Positions 10,021 through 18,634 of a stretch of DNA of 59,284 nt are shown piece after piece. Numbering within the stretch: position 1 is the stretch's first letter; every line of letters begins with the position of its first letter. This DNA is from Candidatus Eiseniibacteriota bacterium (GTDB lineage Bacteria; Eisenbacteria; RBG-16-71-46), in the NCBI GenBank assembly GCA_041483195.1, contig JBGPFC010000027.1, positions 1 through 59,284 on the forward strand. The letters are read 5' to 3'. The notes beneath the pieces are model-generated. The model made no database searches, was not told the origin of the DNA, and saw only the letters and a list, made by a program, of their open reading frames with translations. The position numbers were made by a program, and so were the translations under genes.

Positions 10021-12111
10021 TCAGCGCAGCACGACGATTCGGCGTGAGGCCACGGCATCGCCCTCGTGCGCCACGATGGCGTAGGCCCCGCTCGGTACTC
10101 CCGTGAGTTCGAGGCGTGAGCGCTGCCGGCCTGCCACGACGCGACCGCGCCACTCGCGTTTCACGCGCCGGCCTGCGAGGTCGACCAGATCGATCGCGGC
10201 GTCGCCGTCGCGCGCCCAGGTCACCTCGAGCGCGCACGGCCAGCTGAGTGGGCTGGGAACCGGCGCGATGATCGGACGCGGTGTTCCCGGCGCGGGCTGC
10301 TCGGTGACCCCAGTCTCCGCCGAGAACTGGATGGTGAGCACGCTGCCGCGCCTGAACACTCGGACCGCGGGGACGGTGAGGACGCCGAGGCCATCGGCGG
10401 ATAGCGTTCCCGATTGGACGACCCCCCCGGCATGCGGGCGTGCGACGGTGTAGGCGTACGAGGCCCACGGGGACACGGTGAATGACTGCATGCGCCGCGG
10501 CGTCACGTCCACCGTCAACGACTCCGGTGCGACCACCGGGCCCCAGGACGACGCGAGATCGTGCAGCATCAGTCCCACGACCCAGCGCGCAGGCTCGTCC
10601 GTGATCGCGGGGTTCCAGTCGAGGAAGCCGTTGATCGTCCCGATGCTGTCTCCGTCCGTCGCCGTACCATTCGCGGGATTTCCGTCATAGCTGCAGTTCG
10701 AAAACGCCGGGAAGCTCTGATTCGTCCTGAAGCGGTAGATGTATGGGACGCCGTAATTCATCATCGGCGACCAGGCCGACGCGATGGTGCCAAAGTGATC
10801 GCGGCGATCCCAGAAGAAGGTTCCGCCCCCCCGGTGATCGCGCATCGCACGATAAAAAGGAATCTTCTACGCCCAGCCCACCACGACGTCGTTTCGTCCA
10901 TTGAACATGAAGATGGGCGGCACGTAGCGGGCTTCGAGCGTGGCCGCGAGCGCGCCAGCGTTGAGCCGGTCGAACACCCGCGTGCCATCCTCCAGCCTCA
11001 GGCCGGTGCTCACCTCCCCCCACAACCGATCGCAGCTCAGCCGGTAGCCGTTTCCCTGATTGAACCAGGCCGCCGTGTCGGGATCGTGCTCGAACGAAAA
11101 GTCCACAAGCGGAATGTTCGCCCACGCGGCGGCGATCAGCTCGGGGTGCCACATCGCGAGAAACACGCCGCAGATGCCGCCCATCGAGCCGCCCGCGACA
11201 TAGACCCGCGTCGTATCCACCGGGAAGTTGCGCCGTGCCCACTCGAGCGTGAACAGCACCCTCCGGGCGGTGTAGTCATTCACGATGCCAGCGACGGGGG
11301 GCACATTGGTGAGCGACTCGATATCGTAGCTTTCGGCGTAGCCGAACCAGAAGTCGTTGGCGTCTTGCTGCGCGATGAGATCATCCATCTTGATCACCCA
11401 GTCGTCGGGCGCAAGGCAGGCGGGAGGCCAGAATCCCCCGCCGTACTGATGAGCGATGAACATCAGCCCGTGCACGGACCCCGGGGCGCCAAGATGCACG
11501 CTGCAGTCATAGGGTCTGCCCGGGCGGTTGCACATCGCGGGGAAGAAGGGCGTCGTCCGGTCGCTGGTCCACAGCGTGTAAATGGATGCCGGGCAGTCCG
11601 CGACCTGTATCGTGCGCTGGTAGACAGGGCGTGGGCGGGCCGGGAACTCGGTCACGGGCTGGCCGAGCGCATTGCCGCCCGGCGTGATCGTTCGGTCTTC
11701 CGCGAGTCCACCGTGCTGGGTGGTCGCCGCGTACCATCGCTCGGCGGGCTCGAGGGGGGTCTGCACAAAGAGGCCCTTCGTGGGATTGAGCGGTGCCGCC
11801 AGTGAGTCCACCACGAATCCCGCGGTGGTCCCGCACAAGATGGAGAGTCGATGGTCGCACCACGTGGAATCACCGAGGGTGGCGATGAGCGTGGCGGTCG
11901 CGAGGTCCGCCCCTGCGAGAATGGCGGAATTCGAGGCGTAGATTCGGTAGGTCCATCCGGTGTCGGGTGGACAATTCCAGGTGACGAAGGTCTGGCCGTC
12001 GTGAAAGCTGGCGCAGAGCCCGGTGATCTGGGTCGCACCGGCGAGGCAAGGGGCCAATGCAATCAGGATAGGAAGGAGAGCGGGACAGGAGCTTCGGCAC
12101 GATCGCATCAT
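10021..12111 (-). pseudogene. Secreted alpha/beta serine hydrolase with C-terminal FlgD/T9SS-CTD-like domain, interrupted by one in-frame TAG at 10867-10869
   Basis: Signal peptide (MMRSCRSSCPALLPILIALAPCLAGA), GGSMGG nucleophile elbow and NGRND. The frame reads WA*KIPFYRAMRDHRGG straight into ORF 10021..10845, which ends DLVDLAGRRV...GVPSGAYAIV. Confidence 0.8.
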
Positions 12112-12161
12112 GGCGGCCCCCCCGGGGCACGGCGGTTCAATCAGCAAGGGGGGTCTTCGCC

Positions 12162-12172
12162 GGGGGGGGGGG
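12162..12172. repeat. G11 homopolymer tract in divergent promoter region
   Basis: Eleven consecutive G about 50 nt upstream of the hydrolase start, flanked by other G runs. Confidence 0.85.
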
Positions 12173-12426
12173 AACGGGCGGACGGGGGTTCGCCCGATGC
12201 TCACCGACGCGACGCGCTCATTATAGTCTCTCCGGCATGAGCGAGCGCACTCAATTCGCGCCTGACGCGGCGCGGGTCGATGAGGCGCCGGGCGAGGACG
12301 CGCTCGACCTCGCCTGGTGCCGCGCTCGTCCGTGCGGCTGAGACATGCACGGGTGCTTTCACGTAGCCTTCCGGCTTCCACGTGTCGAGCGGTTTCGCAG
12401 CACCACCCGATCCCGGAGTCCACGCC

Positions 12427-14472
12427 GTGAAACGAGCGCTCATCCTGATGCTTCCCGTCGTCCTCCTGACCGCCGCCGCTCCATCCCCATCGCCCCCCGC
12501 GATCGCCGACGCGGATCGCTACCTCGCGCAGTTCGTGGATCCCTCGGTCTCGCCACGCGACGACTTCTTCCACTACGCCGTGGGCAAGTGGCTCCGCGAG
12601 CATCCCATTCCCGCCAACGAACGCTCGTGGGGAATCAGTCACGTCGTGCAGGAGGAGACCTACCAGCGGCTGGTTGCGATCAGCGGCGACGAAGCCGCAG
12701 ACGCGAACGCTCCCGCCGGGAGCAACGCGCAGAAGATCGGGGATTTCTGGTACGCGGCGATGGACTCGGCCACGAGCGCCCGGCAGGGCATCGAGCCGCT
12801 GGCCGAGGAATTCGGACGCATCCGGGCGGTGCGCGACCGCAAGGGCCTGCTCGATGAGATCGCCCATCTCCAGTACATCGGCGTCGGCGCCATGTGCGGC
12901 CTCTACATCTTCCAGGACGAGAGGAACAGCGACCGTTACGCGGTCCACCTCTACCAGGGCGGCCTCGGGCTGCCGAACCGGGACTACTACTTCGACACGG
13001 ACGACCGATCGAAGATGCTGCGCCGCGAGTACGTCACCCACGTCGCACGCATGTTCCAGCTGCTCGGCGACGACTCCACCAGCGCCCGCGCGAACGCCTC
13101 GACCGTGATGAGCCTCGAGACCGAGCTGGCAGGCGCCTCTCGTAAGCTCGCGGACATGCGCGATCCGATCGCGAACTACAACGCGATGTCGGTCGACGGG
13201 GTCGCGACGCTGGCGCCCTCCGTTCGCTGGCGGGAGTTCCTCGCGGAGGGGAATATACGCGGACTCGACAGCGTCGTCGTGGGGCAGCCCGAGTTCTTCA
13301 AGCAGCTCGAGAAGTCCCTCAGCACGCGGAGCCTCGACCAGTGGAAGACCTATCTCCGCTGGCAGCTGGTGGGCGCCTTCGCCGCGGAGGCGGGCGGCCG
13401 CTTCGACGAGCAGAACTTTCATTTCTTCGGCACCATCCTGAACGGCACCCCCGAGCAGCGCCCGCGCTGGAAGCGGATGCTCGACGAGGAGGAGGGCTAC
13501 CTCGGCGATGCGCTCGGTCAGCTCTACGTGCAGCGCTACTTCTCGCCGCGGACCAAGGCGCGCTACGAGAAGCTCACCGACGACATCTTCGCGGCGTTTC
13601 GCGAGCGCATCCGCGCGCTCGACTGGATGAGCGAGTCCACGCGTCAGCGCGCGCTGGCCAAGCTGAACGCGGTCACCAAGAAGGTCGGCTACCCCGAGCA
13701 CTGGCGGGACTACTCGAGCTACCGGGTGGACCGCGGCTCGTTCCTCGGAAACTGCCTGCGCGGCAACGTGTGGCGGACCGAGTACTACATCCAGAAACTT
13801 CACAAGCCGGTGGACCGCACCGAGTGGGAAATGACGCCGCAGACCTACAACGCATACTACAACCCGTCGAACAACGAGATCGTGCTGCCCGCCGCCATCT
13901 TCATCCTGCCCGGGATCGCGGACTCCCTCGTCGACGACGCGATCGTCTATTCGTACGCGGGCGGCACGACCATCGGGCACGAGATCACGCACGGCTTCGA
14001 CGATGAGGGGCGCCAGTTCGACGAGCACGGAAACCTGCAGAACTGGTGGACCGCGGAGGACGAGACGGAGTTCAAGCGCCGCACCGCGCTCATCGTCCGC
14101 CAGTTCGACGACTACGTCGCCGTCGGCGATCTGCACGTGAACGGCAACGCGACCCAGGGCGAGAACATCGCCGACCTCGGAGGAAGCCTGCTCGGCTGGG
14201 ACGCCTTCACCCGGACCGAGCAATACAAGCGGGGCGCGCCGGTCGGCGGGCTCACGCCCGCGCAGCGTTATTTCATCGGCTGGGCGCTCGGCTGGATGAA
14301 TCAGCTGCGCCCGGAGAATCTTGCGGTGCGCGTCAAGACCGACGTCCACGCGCCGAGCTTCCTGCGGGTCACCGGTCCGGTCTCGAACCTGCCTCAATTC
14401 TACGAGGCCTACGGGGTGCGCCCGGGCGACCGGATGTACCGCGCCGATTCGGTGCGGGTGAAGATCTGGTGA
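12427..14472 (+). CDS. M13 family zinc metallopeptidase (neprilysin/PepO-like), secreted
   Basis: Signal peptide, DDFFHY, NAYYNPSNNEIVLPAA, GHEITHGFDD (HExxH) and GENIAD. GTG start after GGAG. Confidence 0.95.
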   Translation: MKRALILMLPVVLLTAAAPSPSPPAIADADRYLAQFVDPSVSPRDDFFHYAVGKWLREHPIPANERSWGISHVVQEETYQRLVAISGDEAADANAPAGSNAQKIGDFWYAAMDSATSARQGIEPLAEEFGRIRAVRDRKGLLDEIAHLQYIGVGAMCGLYIFQDERNSDRYAVHLYQGGLGLPNRDYYFDTDDRSKMLRREYVTHVARMFQLLGDDSTSARANASTVMSLETELAGASRKLADMRDPIANYNAMSVDGVATLAPSVRWREFLAEGNIRGLDSVVVGQPEFFKQLEKSLSTRSLDQWKTYLRWQLVGAFAAEAGGRFDEQNFHFFGTILNGTPEQRPRWKRMLDEEEGYLGDALGQLYVQRYFSPRTKARYEKLTDDIFAAFRERIRALDWMSESTRQRALAKLNAVTKKVGYPEHWRDYSSYRVDRGSFLGNCLRGNVWRTEYYIQKLHKPVDRTEWEMTPQTYNAYYNPSNNEIVLPAAIFILPGIADSLVDDAIVYSYAGGTTIGHEITHGFDDEGRQFDEHGNLQNWWTAEDETEFKRRTALIVRQFDDYVAVGDLHVNGNATQGENIADLGGSLLGWDAFTRTEQYKRGAPVGGLTPAQRYFIGWALGWMNQLRPENLAVRVKTDVHAPSFLRVTGPVSNLPQFYEAYGVRPGDRMYRADSVRVKIW

Positions 14473-14515
14473 GGCGGAGGTCTCTCGAGTGGAATAGCTT
14501 TCGCACTCGGGACGC

Positions 14516-14872
14516 ATGAGGTTCGCGACGTTCGGACGCGGGGTATGGGACTGCATCACCGGTTCCACGGTGGGGATCCCCACGGCTCAGGTTCCGAGCG
14601 TGCTCACGCTTGGCGTTCATCTCGACCCGGTGAGCGGCGGGGGCGTGATCGGATTCGCGCTTCCCAGGGGGGGAGGTGTGCGCATCGAGCTGCTGGACGT
14701 GGCGGGGCGGCGCGTGCGAGGGGTGCTCGATGCCGATCGACCAGCTGGGCCGGGAGAGGTCGCGATCGACTCGCGGGATGATGGGGGCCGGGATCTCAAG
14801 AACGGGCTCTACCTCGTGAGGCTCGCCACGCCCACCGGGGTGCGAATCACGCGGTTCATGCTGCTCCACTGA
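14516..14872 (+). pseudogene. Orphan C-terminal fragment: last propeller strand plus FlgD/T9SS-CTD-like domain
   Basis: Begins RFATFGRGVWD (typical end of a BNR/VPS10 propeller), then IELLDVAGRRVR...KNGLYLVRL. No signal peptide. Confidence 0.65.
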
Positions 14873-14979
14873 GAGCAAGGCGGGCGCCGCCACCGGGCCT
14901 TGTCGCCCCGGCGCGCCTCCCCGGGGCGCCGCTCGCTCGAACGGCGCCCCGTCCCTCCATCCCGCACACCTTCCGTCAT

Positions 14980-15011
14980 TTTGGCGTCGCGAAATGCGAC
15001 TCGACGCTAAA
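14980..15011. promoter_or_regulatory. Imperfect inverted repeat or structured leader upstream of the DUF11 operon
   Basis: TTTGGCGTCG-N12-CGACGCTAAA (9/10 match, the mismatch is G-U compatible), overlapping an alternative GTCGC-GAAAT-GCGAC hairpin. Confidence 0.4.
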
Positions 15012-15219
15012 GCCGCGGCGCCTCCCGGCCCGATAACGCGGGTGAGGCATTCCGACCCGTGGCTCCCGGCCCCTCAGCCTGAGCGTCGGGTGACGCATCC
15101 CGCTATCACCTTCCACTGCGCAGCTCCGGAGCCTCGAAGCGGTTCGTCGCGCGCGGCGTCTTCGCGCCGGGCGATGGTCCACGTTCGTCCACCCCGGACC
15201 CAACAGGGAGGTTTCGGCG

Positions 15220-15729
15220 ATGTACGTATCTCTCAGGCGCACCCTCGCGATCGCGTTCGCGGCCGTGGCGATTCTCGCCCCGGCGCTCGCCTTCGCGGAT
15301 GGCGACGTCCACGTCGCGCTCACCGCGCAGCGGGTGACGGTCACCGATGGCCACGACGCGTACCTGCCGGCCGACAAGGCGCGGCCGGGCGACGTGATCG
15401 AGTACCGCGCCGTCTACCGTAACGACGGCCGCGGCACGGTGCGCGACATGTTCGCCACGCTGCCGGTGCCGAACGGGCTCGAGTACCTGCCGAAGACGGC
15501 GGCGCCCGCGGTGGTCCTCGCGAGCACCGACGGCCAGTCCTTCTCCGCGGTCCCGCTCGTGCGCAGGGAGCGCACGGCCGACGGACGCGAGGTCGTTCGG
15601 GAGGTCGCCCTCTCGGAATACCGCGCGCTGCGCTGGCCGATCGGGACGCTGGCGGCCAGGGAATCGCGCACGGTCCGCGCGCGCATGCGGGTCGCCCCGC
15701 TCGCGTCCGTGGCCGTCGTCGCGCACTGA
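15220..15729 (+). CDS. Small secreted DUF11-like protein (operon gene A)
   Basis: Signal peptide ending ALAFA; ARPGDVIEYRAVYRN...PVPNGLEY...GTLAARESRTVRARMRV; GGAGG RBS. Confidence 0.88.
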   Translation: MYVSLRRTLAIAFAAVAILAPALAFADGDVHVALTAQRVTVTDGHDAYLPADKARPGDVIEYRAVYRNDGRGTVRDMFATLPVPNGLEYLPKTAAPAVVLASTDGQSFSAVPLVRRERTADGREVVREVALSEYRALRWPIGTLAARESRTVRARMRVAPLASVAVVAH

Positions 15730-15775
15730 GCGCCGGTCACCATTTTCCAATTCCATGGCCGCGTGACCCCGCGCG

Positions 15776-15799
15776 CCGTTCGCGCTATCGCGCGAACGG
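15776..15799 (+). promoter_or_regulatory. Intergenic hairpin between genes A and B
   Basis: CCGTTCGCGC-TATC-GCGCGAACGG, a perfect 10-bp stem. Confidence 0.5.
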
Positions 15800-15868
15800 A
15801 CGCCTTCGGCGCGACGGCTTCGAAGCAGGAGCACGATTCGTGACCGCACCAACCCTCGGAGTGTGAAC

Positions 15869-18481
15869 ATGAACGCCCTGAAGAACGCTGGCTTCGGCCG
15901 GCGCCTCATCGTCAGCATCGCCGCTGTCGCGCCGATGCTGGGAACTCTCGCCCTGCTGGCGACCGCGGCTCACGCCGCCCCGCCGGCGGGCACGCCGATC
16001 GGCAACACGGCGACCGCGACGTACGTCGACGCGGCGTCGCAGACTCACACCGTCACCTCGAACCCTGTGACGACGACCGTCCAGCAGGTCGCGAGCTTCA
16101 CGCTCACGGCGAACGGCACGCGCACCGCGGCGCCCGGCGGGCAGGCGGTCTTCCCTCATGTGCTGACCAACACGGGCAACGGCACCGACACCTTCGCGCT
16201 GACGTCGTTGAACCTCGGCGGTGACAACTTCGACATGACGGGCCTCGCGATGTACGCGGACGCCGATGGCAACGGCGTCGCTGACAACTTCACGCCGCTG
16301 GCCACCACCGGGCCCCTCGCTCCGGGTGGGCAGTTCCAATTCGTCCTGATGGGCAACGTCCCGGGCGCCCAGGTGGCCGGCGACATCGCCCGCGCGCGCG
16401 TCTCGGCGATGAGCGGCTTCGACGCAGCGCAGACGGCGAGCAACGACGATCAGGTCACGGTCACGGGCAACGCCGTGATGTCGGTGACCAAGTCGATCAA
16501 TCAGAACAACGGCGCTTCGCCGAGCGGCCCGTACACCTACACCCTCTCGTACGCGAACTCGGGCAACGCGACCGCGACCGCGGTGCGCCTGACCGACGTG
16601 ATCCCGGCGGGCATGACGTACGTGGCGGGCAGCGCGCGCTGGAGCGTGACGGGCGCGACGGCGCTGACGGATGCGGACTCGACCGACGCGCAGGGCGCCG
16701 TTCCGAACACGGTGCGATTCGACTTCAATGTCGCGACCGGCGGAGCGGTCACCGCGCAGCTGGCGCAGGTGCCCCCCGGGCAGTCCGGAAGCGTGACCTT
16801 CCAGATCAACGTGAACGCGGGCCTCGCGCCGCAGGTCATCGACAACTCCACGCGCTACGCGTACAACGACGGGGCCGCGAACGTCGGTCCGTTCTTCACC
16901 AACCTCGCGTCCTTCACCGTGAACCAGGCGGTCAGCCTGACGTTCGCCGGCCAGACCGTGGCCAGCGCGCTGCAGGGCGCGGTCGTAACGTTCACGAACC
17001 AGCTCGTCAACACCGGCAACGGGTCCGACTCGTTCGACATCACGGCGAATCTCGGCTCGTTCCCGGCCGGCAGCTCGGCCACGCTCTACCAGAGCAACGG
17101 CGTCGCGCTGCTCACCGACACGAACGGCAACGGCATCCCGGACACCGGTCCCGTCGCGGCCGGCACGTCGTACGACGTGATCGTCAAGGTGCAGCTGCCG
17201 TCGGCCGCGACCGGCGGTCCGTTCTCGATGACGAAGACGGCGACGTCGTTCTCGAACCCGCTGGTCTCGGCCGTCGCGACCGATGTCCTCACGACGATCG
17301 TTGGCAACACGGTCGACGTGACGAACAATTCGGCGCTGCCGGGCGCTCCGGGCGCCGGCGCCGGCCCCGAGGTCGCGTACGTGATTCTCAACGCCACGAA
17401 CCCGGGCACGACCACGCGCCTCACGCTGTATGTGAACAACACCAGCGCCCAGAACGACAACTACGACCTCGCGGCCAGCACCGACAACACGTTCGGCTCG
17501 CTGACGCTGCCGGCCGGTTGGACCGTGACGTTCCGCAACGCGGCGAACAGCGTCATCACCAACACCGGCGTCATCGCCGGCGGCGGGGCGACGCTGGTTT
17601 ACGCCGACGTGGACGTGCCCGCGGGCGCGGCGGCGGCGGACGTGGACCTGTTCTTCCGCGGGCGCTCGCCCGTCAGCGGGGCGCTCGACCGCATCCACGA
17701 CCTCGTGCGCGTCAGCGTCGTCCGCAGCCTGACGCTGGTGCCGAACAACACCGCCCAGGTGATCCCGGGTGGGTTCGTGGTGTATGCGCACATGCTGACC
17801 AACACCGGCAACGTCCTCGAGGGCAACGCCACCGGGAGCTTCGTGTCGCTCGCGTCCGCGAACGACCAGGCCGGCTGGAGCTCGGCGTTGTACTGGGATA
17901 CGAACGGCTCGGGAATCTTCGACGGCGGCGATCAGCCGCTGACGGATCTCTCGGCGCTCGGCGGGCTCGCGCCCGGCACCAGCGTTCGGCTGTTCGTGCA
18001 GGTGTTCGCGCCGGCCGGCGCTCCGCTCGGGCAGTTGAACACGACCACGGTCTCGGCGACGACGTCGAATCTCGCATACACCGATCCGGTCCCGGCGGTC
18101 GCGAACGCGACGGATGGCACCACGGTAATCAACGGCCAGCTGACGATCGCCAAGACGCAGAGCATGGACCGCGACTGCAATGGCCTGGCGGACTCGACCT
18201 TCACGTCGACCAACCTCGCCTTCGGCGCGATTCCGGGCGCCTGCATTCGCTACGAGATCACCGTGACGAACATCGGCACCACGGCGGTCACCGGCGTCGT
18301 GGTGAACGACGCGACCCCGGCGAACACGTGGTCGTGGAACGCAGCTTCGGCGAGCACGACCGTCGGCTCGATCGTGGTTCCGGCGGACGGCGCCGCGGGA
18401 GCGGTGACGGCGGCCATCGGCACGCTGGGACCCGGGCAGTCGGCGGTGATCCAGTTCAGCGTGCGGATCGTCTTCCCGTAA
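15869..18481 (+). CDS. Secreted multi-Ig/DUF11 protein (operon gene B; putative fibre shaft subunit)
   Basis: Signal peptide ending ATAAHA; T/N/A/V-rich beta protein; repeated H/N-x-L-x-NTGN units; DxDGNG-type loops; one complete and one C-terminally incomplete DUF11 domain. Confidence 0.9.
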   Translation: MNALKNAGFGRRLIVSIAAVAPMLGTLALLATAAHAAPPAGTPIGNTATATYVDAASQTHTVTSNPVTTTVQQVASFTLTANGTRTAAPGGQAVFPHVLTNTGNGTDTFALTSLNLGGDNFDMTGLAMYADADGNGVADNFTPLATTGPLAPGGQFQFVLMGNVPGAQVAGDIARARVSAMSGFDAAQTASNDDQVTVTGNAVMSVTKSINQNNGASPSGPYTYTLSYANSGNATATAVRLTDVIPAGMTYVAGSARWSVTGATALTDADSTDAQGAVPNTVRFDFNVATGGAVTAQLAQVPPGQSGSVTFQINVNAGLAPQVIDNSTRYAYNDGAANVGPFFTNLASFTVNQAVSLTFAGQTVASALQGAVVTFTNQLVNTGNGSDSFDITANLGSFPAGSSATLYQSNGVALLTDTNGNGIPDTGPVAAGTSYDVIVKVQLPSAATGGPFSMTKTATSFSNPLVSAVATDVLTTIVGNTVDVTNNSALPGAPGAGAGPEVAYVILNATNPGTTTRLTLYVNNTSAQNDNYDLAASTDNTFGSLTLPAGWTVTFRNAANSVITNTGVIAGGGATLVYADVDVPAGAAAADVDLFFRGRSPVSGALDRIHDLVRVSVVRSLTLVPNNTAQVIPGGFVVYAHMLTNTGNVLEGNATGSFVSLASANDQAGWSSALYWDTNGSGIFDGGDQPLTDLSALGGLAPGTSVRLFVQVFAPAGAPLGQLNTTTVSATTSNLAYTDPVPAVANATDGTTVINGQLTIAKTQSMDRDCNGLADSTFTSTNLAFGAIPGACIRYEITVTNIGTTAVTGVVVNDATPANTWSWNAASASTTVGSIVVPADGAAGAVTAAIGTLGPGQSAVIQFSVRIVFP

Positions 18482-18489
18482 CGAAACAG

Positions 18490-18525
18490 CGAGAGGCGCG
18501 GGGGAATGGCACCCCGCGCCTCTCG
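18490..18525 (+). terminator. Strong intergenic stem-loop directly after gene B (attenuator or mRNA stabiliser)
   Basis: CGAGAGGCGCGGGG-N8-CCCCGCGCCTCTCG, a perfect 14-bp stem with no U tract. Confidence 0.6.
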
Positions 18526-18634
18526 TGGCGACCGGCGTGAGACGACGACGGCCCCCCAACCACCTCGTGGCATCGGGCGCGGACGGCACCCTCGGCCGTC
18601 CGGCCCGATGACCCCGGGGGAACGGAAACGGCAC

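Noticed and set aside
10867..10869. Genome-wide TAG reassignment
   Set aside because: TAG terminates apparently complete genes here (e.g. at 156, 28917 and 40740), and only one internal TAG was found.
12112..14583. N-terminal 824 aa of the 1238-aa minus-strand ORF 10867..14583
   Set aside because: It is the antisense shadow of the M13 peptidase. The credible gene begins at the signal peptide at 12111.
14981..14998. Possible sigma54 promoter TGGCGTCGCGAAATGC before the DUF11 operon
   Set aside because: The GG-to-GC spacing is 11 nt rather than the required 10.
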